Source of the DNA: Bacteriovoracaceae bacterium
Lineage (GTDB): Bacteria; Bdellovibrionota; Bacteriovoracia; Bacteriovoracales; Bacteriovoracaceae
Length of the DNA stretch: 36,743 nt
Assembly (NCBI GenBank): GCA_018649885.1
Contig: JABIHA010000085.1
Span: forward strand, 1 to 36,743
Reading direction: 5' to 3'
Every line of letters starts with the position of its first letter. Position 1 is the stretch's first letter. The notes under the pieces were generated by a model that worked only from the letters and a program-made list of their open reading frames with translations, searched no databases and was not told the DNA's origin. A program made the position numbers and the translations under genes. Of this stretch, positions 1-9,558 are shown piece after piece.

Positions 1-33
1 GGTTAATTTTTGAAATAAGTCCTCGGTTTTTGT

Positions 34-124
34 TGCTTGATTCCCGGCAGACTGGGGAGTCTGCCTCAGTCACATACCTCTCATCATCAAAATAGTCCGC
101 TGGACTTTTTTGCTGCTGGAGGTG
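34..124. repeat. Double-hairpin intergenic repeat, copy 1 (degenerate)
   Basis: 91-bp direct repeat of 255-345; hairpin GGCAGACT-GGGG-AGTCTGCC plus an imperfect long hairpin centred on GTCC-GCT-GGAC. Confidence 0.9.
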
Positions 125-254
125 CACCAATTATTTTTTTTTGGTCTTTTTTGAGATTGGGTGCTGGGTTTTTGTTTTTGGAGGCACGGAAGGACTGGGG
201 AGGTGGGGGTAGAGTTTTTTCGGATTCTGGGTTTAGAGATGTTGGGAGTTTTAG

Positions 255-345
255 TGCTTGATTCTCGGCGGACTGGGGAGTCCGCCTCTGTCACATACCT
301 CTCAGCGTCAAAACAGTCCGCTGGACTGTTTTGACGCTGGAGGTG
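255..345. repeat. Double-hairpin intergenic repeat, copy 2 (intact)
   Basis: GGCGGACT-GGGG-AGTCCGCC and perfect 17-bp stem CAGCGTCAAAACAGTCC-GCT-GGACTGTTTTGACGCTG, extendable by ACCTC/GAGGT. Confidence 0.9.
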
Positions 346-431
346 AAATATGAAGGTAATTATTTCAAATTGTTGAAGTTCAGGTGTCCATTTTGAGCCT
401 CACTTAGTAACAAGGGGGAAAGGATCTTGAT

Positions 432-1202
432 ATGTTTAAAATTGTATTTGTTGTAGCCGCATTTTCTGTGGGATTAGCTTATGGCTCAAATTATTCAAAA
501 ATTAGCTGCTTTGATGGTGGGAGCGAACCAATACTGACTGTTGGTCAGAGTGGAGAAAAGCTACAGGTAGGTGTAAATTTGGAAAAAGGGCATCGAGATA
601 TCAAAGGAGGAGATCTAAGTCTTTCATTTGGTCTCGAAACTTCTGAGTTCGAAATTGCAGATTTTAAAGGCGAAGCAGTGATAAAAAGTTTCACAGCTCG
701 TGATAAAAATTATGAGGTTTCTTTTAAGCTAACCTATGATGATGGTTATAGTGTTCCGGTAGAGCAAAAGAGTATGACTGCTCAAATTAAAGTATCAGGC
801 AAAAGCAATAGAATTCATGATCGGTTTGGTCTTTCAAATGGGGCGTTATCTTGTTACCAGGGAGACAAGTTTGAACGTGGAAAAGTGATTGATAGCATTT
901 CGTGTCTACATCCAAATGGTGTTATTGAATATACTTCTTGGGTTGATAATAAAACTAAAAAAGGTGTCCTGGAAGCTTATTTAACAATCAGTCCTAGTGG
1001 AAAGAGTGAGAGAATGTGGGTCGCTGATGTAACTGCTTCAGGCAATGGAGATACTTTCTACTTTCTTAGCGGTGATGGTTTTTCTTTGTCCATGGATTTT
1101 GAATCTCATGGTGGTGGTGAGTTTGTGGAAGAATCTGAAATAAATGGAAAGGAGGTTAGAACTCAAGTGCAATGTGAAGTCGTCTCTGGCTTGCTTTTCT
1201 GA
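432..1202 (+). CDS. Secreted hypothetical protein
   Basis: 256-aa ORF, purine-rich RBS upstream, signal peptide (MFKIVFVVAAFSVGLAYG), beta-rich composition with 4 Cys; no family recognised. Confidence 0.8.
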   Translation: MFKIVFVVAAFSVGLAYGSNYSKISCFDGGSEPILTVGQSGEKLQVGVNLEKGHRDIKGGDLSLSFGLETSEFEIADFKGEAVIKSFTARDKNYEVSFKLTYDDGYSVPVEQKSMTAQIKVSGKSNRIHDRFGLSNGALSCYQGDKFERGKVIDSISCLHPNGVIEYTSWVDNKTKKGVLEAYLTISPSGKSERMWVADVTASGNGDTFYFLSGDGFSLSMDFESHGGGEFVEESEINGKEVRTQVQCEVVSGLLF

Positions 1203-1213
1203 AAGGTTTAATT

Positions 1214-2191
1214 TTAAAAATAGTAGAAATTCCAAACATATTCCTTGAATTGTGAGAAGGGCACCCATTTAGCGTGGCTAGTTGAGCAAGGATAGGATTG
1301 AGTCGAATCACAAGGGTATGAGTCCCTGATTTGCACTTTTTCAACAAGCTGACTTTTCTTATCATAAACAATTCCTGTAACAACAGATGCGTGGTTCGGT
1401 CTTTGGCAGCGGAATTTATTAGACAGACCAGGCCAGTGAATGTCTGGGCAATATCCAATTCCTGCTGGTAGTGGGTTAATTTTAGTAAAGTTTGAAATGA
1501 GCAAATTGTTGAATTGGTCTTCGTCACTATTTTTTTCTATATTATAAGGAAGAGATGATAAATCTATGCCAATTCCTGGCAATTCACTCCAATATGTAAA
1601 CAACTCGAATAGAAATACTTGGTAAGAATGTGAAGTGAGGGCCTTGGCGAGTACTGATGTCGAAGGAATATATTCTTCTTTAATAAAGTAAGAGCCACCG
1701 AAATACTTCGTTAATTTATGAGTGAGAGAATAATATCTTTCATCATACTTTCTTTTATTTTTTGGGAGATTTCGGACTACCTGAAAATCATCGTAGTACT
1801 TTTTTAATTTATCAAGTTTCCACTGAGAAATTGTATGAGGGTTAATAAATAAAGGGCGAGAAAGTGCACCTAAAGATATTGAAACCTCGTAAGCCTTGTC
1901 AAGAAATCCACTATCAACACCAGTTGATACGAATCTTGATTCAGATAAAAACTTTGAGATAATAGCATTCCCAAGGGGTGAGAGAGAGTCATTAGTGAGC
2001 AATTTTCCATCTGTTATTTGATCACTTTTTAATTTTGCTTCCGCCATTTGGGAGGCAGCGACTGCGTAGCAAATCCCAGTTTTTTTCTGTGAGAATGCAG
2101 GGACAAGAGACATAATTTCTCCAGGTAATTCAAGATCAACAGTTGTCGCTTGCAGAGATTGAATGAAGAAAATTAAAAATAGCTTAATCAT
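1214..2191 (-). CDS. Secreted papain-like (C1-fold) cysteine peptidase
   Basis: Signal peptide; Q-x5-C motif (SQKKTGICYAVAA), NHASVVTG His motif, QIRDSY where papain has KNSW. Confidence 0.7.
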   Translation of the reverse strand: MIKLFLIFFIQSLQATTVDLELPGEIMSLVPAFSQKKTGICYAVAASQMAEAKLKSDQITDGKLLTNDSLSPLGNAIISKFLSESRFVSTGVDSGFLDKAYEVSISLGALSRPLFINPHTISQWKLDKLKKYYDDFQVVRNLPKNKRKYDERYYSLTHKLTKYFGGSYFIKEEYIPSTSVLAKALTSHSYQVFLFELFTYWSELPGIGIDLSSLPYNIEKNSDEDQFNNLLISNFTKINPLPAGIGYCPDIHWPGLSNKFRCQRPNHASVVTGIVYDKKSQLVEKVQIRDSYPCDSTQSYPCSTSHAKWVPFSQFKEYVWNFYYF

Positions 2192-2295
2192 AGGTTTATT
2201 CTAAGATTAATGGGGTTACGGAGGCCTTAGATTTGTAAATAAAACACGGGATATCAAAAAATGGACACATGCAAGTACTTGTAATTACAAAAGGA

Positions 2296-2490
2296 TTATG
2301 TAAGCAGATCTCTTTTGATTAGAGCTAAAAAAATAATGCTTGAGATAACTGCTACGATAGCGACTGAAATATATTTGTATTTTTCTCCGTCGTTGATGGC
2401 AGTCTTATAAAGGCGATAGGAGTAGAGAACACTGCCTGTGCTGAAAATGGCAAGAGCAATGAGGGCGTAAAGAGGAGGTCGAGCTAGCAT
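2296..2490 (-). CDS. Small membrane protein (2 predicted TM segments)
   Basis: 64-aa ORF with two hydrophobic stretches filling the gap; start uncertain. Confidence 0.5.
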   Translation of the reverse strand: MLARPPLYALIALAIFSTGSVLYSYRLYKTAINDGEKYKYISVAIVAVISSIIFLALIKRDLLT

Positions 2491-2602
2491 TCTAGTAGTC
2501 TATTAGCATAAAAGACTAAGGTCTATTGAAAAAACGATGGAGTAATTTTTCCAAATCTTAGTTTCTCAACTATAATAATTCATTCGTCTTAAGGAGATTG
2601 TA

Positions 2603-4930
2603 GTGGCTACCTTTTTATCTAATGAGTTAAAGTCTTTAGTACACGATTCAGTTGAGGTCTTAGGGGACGTCATTCGAAATCAGTACGGTGAAAAATTATA
2701 CCAAGATGTGGAAAAAATTAGACAATCTATGGTCAAGGTCCGAAAGGCCAACCTTGAATCAAGTTATGAAATTTTAAATAAAAACCTAGTTGGTTTAAAA
2801 AAGAAAAATAGTGGAGACCTATTTAAGATTGCTCACAGTTATTCTTTGATGCTTGAGTTAATTAATAGATGTGAGACGGCTTACCGCTCTCACAGGCTCT
2901 CCCAAAAAGAATTGACTCTTTCTAAAACACGGCCCTATGCCATTATTTATGTTTTTACTTCTCACCCTACAGAAGCGAGGGCCTCGAATGTGGTTTCCCT
3001 TTTTGAGAACGTGGAAAAAGAGCTCGTATATTCTCTTACTAAAGGGTTTTCTGATATTAAAGAGAGGTTGTATCACCTTCTTAGCTTACTTTTGAAAATT
3101 CCCATGGCCAATACAGAGAAACCTACTGTTGCAGATGAAGCCGATTATATTCTTTCCTTTGTATTAAATGAAGGAATTCTTCAGGAGCAAGTAAATCTAC
3201 TCTCAAGGGGGCTGACCGTCCATTTTAGAACATGGGTGGGAGGTGATAAGGATGGACATCCAGGTGTAAATTCTAAAACGATGAAAATGTGCCTTGAAAA
3301 ATCGAGAGAAAAATTACAGAAATTTATTAAAAGGCGGCTTCGAAATTGCCATGCAACGGTTGAGCTTTTAGGTACTAAAAAAAGTGAAACGGGTGACCTA
3401 CTTGGTAGGTTAGAGAAATTAGAAGCTCTGCTTGATAGTGCTAAGGCCATTAAGGCTGAAGATGGAAAAGTTGTAGCAGAGTTTACAAAAAACTTTGAAT
3501 CGTTGAAAAAGGCCTATTTCAGTAAATTAAAATGTGATTCACCTGAATTGCAAGAGGTAGAACACTTGCTTTGGCTCTATCCGGCACTTGTGATGCCACT
3601 TGAGATTAGAGAAGATAGTGAGCTTGTTCATATCGCTCTAAAAAAGCCAAATCAAACGATTGAGAAAATGCTCATGTATTTAAAAAGCATTTCTATTGGT
3701 CATGATCCTAAGTGGTACGTGAGAGGATTTGTTCTTAGTATGGTTGCAACTCATGAAGACTTGCTGGCCGGTGTGAAGCTAATGAGAAGAGTTTTGGGGG
3801 GACATAAAATACCTGTAGTTCCTCTTTTTGAAAATCAAAAAGCATTGGTTGATTCATGTGAGATTTTAGAGAAATTTTTTACGATTGAATCCAGAACTCT
3901 AAAAAAACACCAAGGGACGTGGAACTCAAGGTATGAAGTGATGTTAGGTTACTCAGATTCTTCAAAGGAAAATGGAGTTTTCCCAAGTCGGTATCTTATT
4001 GCCAATGCTCTCCATAAACTTGATAAGTTTTTTAAGAAATGGGAGCTTACTCCAGTTTTCTTCCATGGTTCAGGGGGAAGTGTTGAAAGAGGTGGAGGAT
4101 CTATAAAGGAGCAAACTAGGTGGTGGCCCAAAAGTGCAGTTCGAATTTTCAAGGCCACAGGCCAAGGAGAGATGGTTGCACGGAATTTTGGAAATTCACT
4201 TGTAATGAGAGGACAAGTGCTCAAAATTGCCAATGAGCTGGGAACTGCAAGAACTAGATTGAAAGATGCCGGTAGTAAAAAGAGTGTAGAGAAATTTTGT
4301 AGTCATATAATGAAGTCGTATAAGGCAACTTGGGATTCTTCAGATTTTTTTGAAATGGTAGAGAAGGCCACTCCCTATGGTTATCTTGATCAGTTGAAAA
4401 TAGGATCGAGACCCAGTAAGAGAACAACTGGGGGAGCAAAGAGACATTTGAGGGCGATACCATGGGTTTTATGTTGGACTCAAACAAGAGTACTTTTCCC
4501 TACCTGGTGGGGAGTGGGAAGTGCTTGGGCCAAGCTGAACCCAACCGATCGCTATCATATTATGCGCGCCCATGCTGAAAGCGATCTCCTTAAATCTTTT
4601 GTGAAGGTTCTAGGATTTACCCTTGCTAAAGTTGAGCTCGCAGTGTTTAGGGTTTATTTAAATCAATCGAAGTTAGATAAAAAAGTAGCAGATCACTATT
4701 ATCATTTATTTTTGAGAGAATACCAAAATACAGTATTCTTTTTTGAAGAGGTTACGGGGCAAAAAGACCTGCTTTGGTTTAGACCTTGGCTACTTGAAAG
4801 TATTTCTTACCGATCATCAATGATTCATCCTCTCAATCTATTGCAGCTAATTGCACTTGAGAGAAAAGATTCAACTCTTTTACGTGAAACAGTAACAGGT
4901 ATAGCTTGTGGAATGTTAACAACAGGCTAA
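2603..4930 (+). CDS. ppc: Phosphoenolpyruvate carboxylase (short, divergent)
   Basis: VFTSHPTEA, WVGGDKDGHP, VVPLFE, EVMLGYSDSSK, FHGSGGSVERGG, IGSRPSKR, LRAIPW, C-terminal GIACGMLTTG; AAGGAG RBS before GTG. Confidence 0.93.
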   Translation: MATFLSNELKSLVHDSVEVLGDVIRNQYGEKLYQDVEKIRQSMVKVRKANLESSYEILNKNLVGLKKKNSGDLFKIAHSYSLMLELINRCETAYRSHRLSQKELTLSKTRPYAIIYVFTSHPTEARASNVVSLFENVEKELVYSLTKGFSDIKERLYHLLSLLLKIPMANTEKPTVADEADYILSFVLNEGILQEQVNLLSRGLTVHFRTWVGGDKDGHPGVNSKTMKMCLEKSREKLQKFIKRRLRNCHATVELLGTKKSETGDLLGRLEKLEALLDSAKAIKAEDGKVVAEFTKNFESLKKAYFSKLKCDSPELQEVEHLLWLYPALVMPLEIREDSELVHIALKKPNQTIEKMLMYLKSISIGHDPKWYVRGFVLSMVATHEDLLAGVKLMRRVLGGHKIPVVPLFENQKALVDSCEILEKFFTIESRTLKKHQGTWNSRYEVMLGYSDSSKENGVFPSRYLIANALHKLDKFFKKWELTPVFFHGSGGSVERGGGSIKEQTRWWPKSAVRIFKATGQGEMVARNFGNSLVMRGQVLKIANELGTARTRLKDAGSKKSVEKFCSHIMKSYKATWDSSDFFEMVEKATPYGYLDQLKIGSRPSKRTTGGAKRHLRAIPWVLCWTQTRVLFPTWWGVGSAWAKLNPTDRYHIMRAHAESDLLKSFVKVLGFTLAKVELAVFRVYLNQSKLDKKVADHYYHLFLREYQNTVFFFEEVTGQKDLLWFRPWLLESISYRSSMIHPLNLLQLIALERKDSTLLRETVTGIACGMLTTG

Positions 4931-4933
4931 TAT

Positions 4934-5899
4934 ATGAAAAAAACTGAAATGATTAATGAAATGGTTCGGCTTCAAATTTTGCAAAATAAAAGACATAGAG
5001 GTTTTATTAATGATGCAAAATCTACTAAGGCCATAAAAAAAATGATGAATAAGTTTTATCATCAGGCATCTGAAGGTGGAATTATTGAAAGTTATTGGCA
5101 TCGGGGAAAACTCCAAGCCATTTTTTTGATTTTTGAAGAAAAAGATAGCTCACTGGGGAAAACAGAACATAAAATCTATACTGCCGAAAATCCTAAATCC
5201 AAAAAAAGTTGGAATTGGATAAAATCTAATTTTAAAAAATATTCAAATAGCTATGGAAAGGACACAACTTTTTGGCTTCACGGACAAGACAAACCCAAAC
5301 TCTTATTTTTTGAAAAGATTGGTTTTAATATTGAGGCATTAATTCAAATGGGTGTACCTAGTGTTGGTCTAAGTAAGCTGGAAAGGGCCTATAGGCCTAA
5401 AGACAACTTTGAGGAGTTTGGATTAATTTGCGACTCTATAAAAACAAAGGGTGAAGTTGATGAGGTCATGAAGATCTATAAATCTTACTTTACAAGAAAT
5501 CCGCAATATTGCTCGTTTGCGACAAATCCTGGCCAGTTAAAAAGTATGAGGGAAGAACTGACAGAGGCAAAAAGAAGTGGGGATTCTCACGTTTATATAA
5601 TCAAGGATAAAAAAAGAAAAGTGCTAGGAATGTTCAGCATGTCGATTGGGACTGATCCATTTTTTGGAAAAAGGGCTGGCATGGAGTTTGTATTTTCAAA
5701 AACACTTATTGGGAAAGGGTTTTCTAAAGTTGCCTATAAAATTTTATTAAAAAAAATGATTAAAGAGGATGTTAGGTACTATTTTGGAGGAACTTCTCAG
5801 CCAGCAGTCATAAAGCTTGGAAAGTTGATGGAAAGGTGGCCTTTGGGTTTTTTTTTAAGTTATGGCGAAGGCTTTTTTCCAAGGTCTCATTTCTTTTAA
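4934..5899 (+). CDS. Putative GNAT-fold acetyltransferase-like protein
   Basis: 321-aa ORF 3 bp after ppc; C-terminal beta-beta pattern followed by LIGKGFSK resembling GNAT motif A; fold assignment tentative. Confidence 0.5.
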   Translation: MKKTEMINEMVRLQILQNKRHRGFINDAKSTKAIKKMMNKFYHQASEGGIIESYWHRGKLQAIFLIFEEKDSSLGKTEHKIYTAENPKSKKSWNWIKSNFKKYSNSYGKDTTFWLHGQDKPKLLFFEKIGFNIEALIQMGVPSVGLSKLERAYRPKDNFEEFGLICDSIKTKGEVDEVMKIYKSYFTRNPQYCSFATNPGQLKSMREELTEAKRSGDSHVYIIKDKKRKVLGMFSMSIGTDPFFGKRAGMEFVFSKTLIGKGFSKVAYKILLKKMIKEDVRYYFGGTSQPAVIKLGKLMERWPLGFFLSYGEGFFPRSHFF

Positions 5900-6012
5900 A
5901 GTTGTTGAAATCTTGGAAGAAATCATTTCAACAGTTTTTAACCATAAAATTTACAATGATATTGAGAAATCGGGAGCACCATATTACCTTTTGCCCAACA
6001 AGAGGGTTTATT

Positions 6013-6342
6013 GTGAGACTGAGTTTGGGTGTAGCTTCTATATTACTTTTTTTGATCATTTCGCTTGAGCTCCAAGCTGGTCCACCACGGATTAAGCGGT
6101 TTCCGCTCCTAGATATAGAGGTCATGAAGTGTGTTACACATCGCTTTGAAGATAGAGTGGATTATTATGAGGGGTTATCAGATCAATACTACGACGATCA
6201 CTATAAACGTTTTGTACTTAGTGAAGAAGACCCCTATAAAAGAAACTATAGAAAGATGATCTACTATTTTGAGTTACATGGCTGGCCTGCAATTGAATAT
6301 ATGAGGGCCATAGAAATCTGTTATAGGGCAAAATACAAATAG
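6013..6342 (+). CDS. Small secreted hypothetical protein
   Basis: In-frame GTG at 6013 preceded by GAGG gives signal peptide MRLSLGVASILLFLIISLELQA; the 5836 start overlaps the previous gene. Confidence 0.7.
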   Translation: MRLSLGVASILLFLIISLELQAGPPRIKRFPLLDIEVMKCVTHRFEDRVDYYEGLSDQYYDDHYKRFVLSEEDPYKRNYRKMIYYFELHGWPAIEYMRAIEICYRAKYK

Positions 6343-6418
6343 ATCACTCAAGTAACTATTTTTATTTGATAAAAATAGACTTTCTACTTACCAGATATAG
6401 CAGTTTAGCCGACAAGTT

Positions 6419-8212
6419 GTGTCTATGGGTGCTGCTGAAAAAATTGAAAAATGGAGTCACTTTCCGAAGAAAATGTCTCTGGGAGAAATCCTTCCACATT
6501 TTATTGAAATGGGCTGGATTTCTGAAATTGAGGCCAAGAAACAACTGAAAAGATTTGAAAAAGATCCAAGGCATCCTTTTTTGATTCTGGCCTTAGCAAA
6601 GCTAAAAGACAGCTCTGTGCCACCAAAACTTATTACTATGGAAGAGATGACTAAGTGGCTGGCGAAAGCCTCAGGTTTTCCGTATCTCTATATTGATGCA
6701 ATGAAAATCGACACTGCTATTGTAACTTCTGTTATTCCAGATAAATATGCCAAGAGGCTTGAAGTTCTGCCAATAGCTGTGAATAAAGATTCTGTGACCT
6801 TGGCAACAGCAGAGCCATTCAATCTTCACTGGTATCAAGAGCTAACGCGGTTTTTAAAAAAAGAAATTAAACTAGTGGTTGCCTCCCCAGATCAAATTAC
6901 TCGTTATCATCAAGAGTTTTATTCTGTTCAAAGGGCCATTAAAAAAATAGAGGTTAAGGAAAAGAGAAGCCGGTTTGAGTTAAAAAAAGCAGGAAGTCTT
7001 GATGAGCTGGACAAATTGGTTGAATTCGGAAAAAGAAGAAATCTTACCAGTGAAGACTCTTCTGTTGTTAATATTGTTGATTGGTTACTCCAATTTGCAT
7101 TTGATGAAAGGGCCTCAGATATTCATTTAGAGCCTAAGAAAGGTCTTTGTACAATTCGTTTTAGAGTTGATGGGATTTTGAGGGTTGTGTATCGATTTGA
7201 TCCTGAAGTATTTCTACCTATTATAAGCAGGTTGAAAGTTGTCGCTGAAATGAAGGTTGATGAAAAAAGAAAGCCTCAAGATGGAAGGATTAAGCATTTT
7301 ATCACTGAAAGTGAAAGTGTAGAAATGAGAGTTTCTACAATTCCTACCCACCACGGTGAGAAAATGGTCATTAGATTTTTTGATCCAGAGCTTACCTATA
7401 AAGAAATGGACTCTCTTGGATTTTACAAAGAAGATTTGGCCGTATGGAATGATATAATCAGACATAGCAATGGGATTATTTTGGTGACAGGCCCTACCGG
7501 CTCTGGGAAAACGACTACGCTTTATACTTCTTTAACTCAAGTGGCCACCACTGAAGTCAATGTATGTACTGTTGAAGACCCTATTGAAATGCTCAATGAT
7601 AATTTTAATCAAATGCAGGTTAACAAAGATATAGGTGTTGATTTTTCAAATGCAATTAAATCATTTCTTCGGCAAGACCCAGACATCATAATGGTGGGAG
7701 AAATTAGAGACCTAGCAACTGCAGAAATGGCGATCCAGGCTTCACTTACGGGACACATGGTTTTTTCCACGCTTCACACCAATAGTGTGATGTCTTCACT
7801 GGTGAGACTAACTGATCTTGGGTTACCCATGTTTTTAGTCAATGCCACAATTAAGTGTATTTTATCTCAAAGGCTTGTGAGAACACTGTGCTCACATTGT
7901 TGTGAAGAGATAGATACACCTATTGATAAGTGGAACTTACTTTTTAAAAAGGAAGGTATTGCTCCTCCCAAAAAAGTATTCAAAGAAGTAGGGTGCAATA
8001 GTTGTAAGGGGACAGGGTTTATAGGCCGGGTATGCATCTATGAGATGGTCCCATTTGGAAATGAAGAAAAGGCCCAGCTTGTTGAAGGTATGAATTTGAC
8101 AACAATTGAGAAAATTTTTGAAGGAAAGTACACCACCATGAGAGCAGTTGGAGCGAGAAGAATTATTGAAGGAATGACTACTATTGGTGAAGTTTATAAA
8201 GTTGTTGTTTAA
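6419..8212 (+). CDS. GspE/PilB family secretion/type IV pilus assembly ATPase
   Basis: ASDIHLEP, PQDGR, Walker A GPTGSGKT, VEDPIE, RQDPDIIMVGEIRD, TGHMVFSTLHTN, Zn-binding CSHC/CNSC; start may be ATG 6425. Confidence 0.95.
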   Translation: MSMGAAEKIEKWSHFPKKMSLGEILPHFIEMGWISEIEAKKQLKRFEKDPRHPFLILALAKLKDSSVPPKLITMEEMTKWLAKASGFPYLYIDAMKIDTAIVTSVIPDKYAKRLEVLPIAVNKDSVTLATAEPFNLHWYQELTRFLKKEIKLVVASPDQITRYHQEFYSVQRAIKKIEVKEKRSRFELKKAGSLDELDKLVEFGKRRNLTSEDSSVVNIVDWLLQFAFDERASDIHLEPKKGLCTIRFRVDGILRVVYRFDPEVFLPIISRLKVVAEMKVDEKRKPQDGRIKHFITESESVEMRVSTIPTHHGEKMVIRFFDPELTYKEMDSLGFYKEDLAVWNDIIRHSNGIILVTGPTGSGKTTTLYTSLTQVATTEVNVCTVEDPIEMLNDNFNQMQVNKDIGVDFSNAIKSFLRQDPDIIMVGEIRDLATAEMAIQASLTGHMVFSTLHTNSVMSSLVRLTDLGLPMFLVNATIKCILSQRLVRTLCSHCCEEIDTPIDKWNLLFKKEGIAPPKKVFKEVGCNSCKGTGFIGRVCIYEMVPFGNEEKAQLVEGMNLTTIEKIFEGKYTTMRAVGARRIIEGMTTIGEVYKVVV

Positions 8213-8430
8213 TAACTAAAATCAAATGAATAATTATTTTCACATAAGCCCTTGCACAGACATATCCGATTTGGCAGGCTAGTAAAATCAATTTTTTAGT
8301 AGCTTGATCTTGTTGTCAACAAATTGTCTATTTTTTTGACATAGAAATATTACAAAATCTTGTTTATGTTAAAATGTGAATATTACTTATGCTATGATTC
8401 TCAAAACAATGTTTTAGAGGGGCTTCAAAA

Positions 8431-8826
8431 TTGAAAAACTCGACAATAGTATTGGTACTTTTTCTCGCGTTTACGAATGTTTATGCTGCAAAAAAAGCAT
8501 CGAAAGTTCAAGTTGGATTACCATCACGAATGTTTCTTATTGGAACTATAGACCCTGATATTGTTAGGTATAAGTTAAGAAATGAATTGCCTCAGTTTAG
8601 TAAATGTGCAGCTAATTTAAACAGTCCTATGACCATGAGGGCATCATTTACTATTGAAGCAGAAGGCAAAATTTCTAAAAACCCTTTAATAAATTTAGTA
8701 AGTGGAAATATTAATAGTAAGACAAAAAAATGTTTTCAAAATACTTTAATGAGCATTAAATTTATCTCAAAGAAATCAACTGGCAAAACTGATGTTCAAC
8801 AGTTAATTCATATTCGCTATCGATAA
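8431..8826 (+). CDS. Secreted AgmX/PglI C-terminal (TonB-C-like) domain protein
   Basis: Signal peptide; GTIDPDIVR..L.....QF..C...FTI...G....C......IKF pattern of deltaproteobacterial GltG/AgmX-like TonB-C domains. Confidence 0.65.
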   Translation: MKNSTIVLVLFLAFTNVYAAKKASKVQVGLPSRMFLIGTIDPDIVRYKLRNELPQFSKCAANLNSPMTMRASFTIEAEGKISKNPLINLVSGNINSKTKKCFQNTLMSIKFISKKSTGKTDVQQLIHIRYR

Positions 8827-8855
8827 AAATTAATCAAAAAATTATTGTACTCAAG

Positions 8856-8901
8856 TGCAAGCCCCCAAGGAAGTGTTTTACCATATCCTTGGGGGCTTGC
8901 A
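8856..8901. terminator. Probable bidirectional terminator
   Basis: Perfect 16-bp inverted repeat TGCAAGCCCCCAAGGA/TCCTTGGGGGCTTGCA, 14-nt loop, between convergent genes; U-tracts weak. Confidence 0.7.
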
Positions 8902-8920
8902 GTATCTGGTCTAGTCTTGA

Positions 8921-9328
8921 TTACTGGAGAACCTCGATAAGTGCGTTAAGAGCATCAATAGAGGTGAATATGCCAAAGACTTTTCCATTTTCATCGCTTA
9001 CAAGTGCTGATCCAATCTTGCGAGTGGACATCTCATAGACGACTTCTCTTAGAAGGGCCTTGCTTTGAACGACGAAGGGGTCTTTGGTCATGACATCGCG
9101 GGCCTTGAGCTCATCCCACCACGGTTTGTAGCGTAAGCAGTAAATATCGCGTTCGCTGACAATTCCAACAACTTGACCATCTTCCTTTACGGGTAGATGT
9201 CTGACACCCTTTTCTTGCATAATTTCAAGGAGGTCTTTAATCATATCGTCTGTCCCGGCCTCCACTAAACAAACGCTTGTAAATTCATCTACCTGAAGAT
9301 TGTTTACATCTAAGGCCTCGTCTAACAT
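8921..9328 (-). CDS. CBS domain pair protein
   Basis: GVRHLPV..GQVVGIVSERDI, DVMTKDP, IGSALV..GKVFGIFTSID; AAGGAG RBS. Confidence 0.93.
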   Translation of the reverse strand: MLDEALDVNNLQVDEFTSVCLVEAGTDDMIKDLLEIMQEKGVRHLPVKEDGQVVGIVSERDIYCLRYKPWWDELKARDVMTKDPFVVQSKALLREVVYEMSTRKIGSALVSDENGKVFGIFTSIDALNALIEVLQ

Positions 9329-9558
9329 GTGTGATCTCCTTTAACATTGTCTTGTTGTCAGAATAGCTTAAAAGTATATGGCCTCTTATGGCAATTGACA
9401 CTCAGAAGGTTGATAAAACTCATAGTTTGAAGTGGGGTTTTATAGGGTTTTTAACACCGGCCATCATGGGCAACCATCGGGTTTAGTCGATAAGCTATCA
9501 TCATGATGAATTACTTATCAGAATTTTATTTCCATAACATTCATAAAGGAGAATTTTA

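Noticed and set aside
37..294. Two 74-aa ORFs at the window start
   Set aside because: They lie on the hairpin repeats and low-complexity spacer; no RBS or recognisable protein
34..345. CRISPR array
   Set aside because: Only two 91-bp units with a 130-bp spacer and no cas genes
2272..2290. Overlapping palindromes CAAGTACTTG and TTGTAATTACAA
   Set aside because: Short, AT-rich, single occurrence; indistinguishable from chance
6388..6415. Sigma-28 promoter (GCCGACAA) for the ATPase
   Set aside because: No convincing -35 at proper spacing and too close to the start codon
9486..9493. GTCGATAA sigma-28 -10 before hpf
   Set aside because: No matching -35
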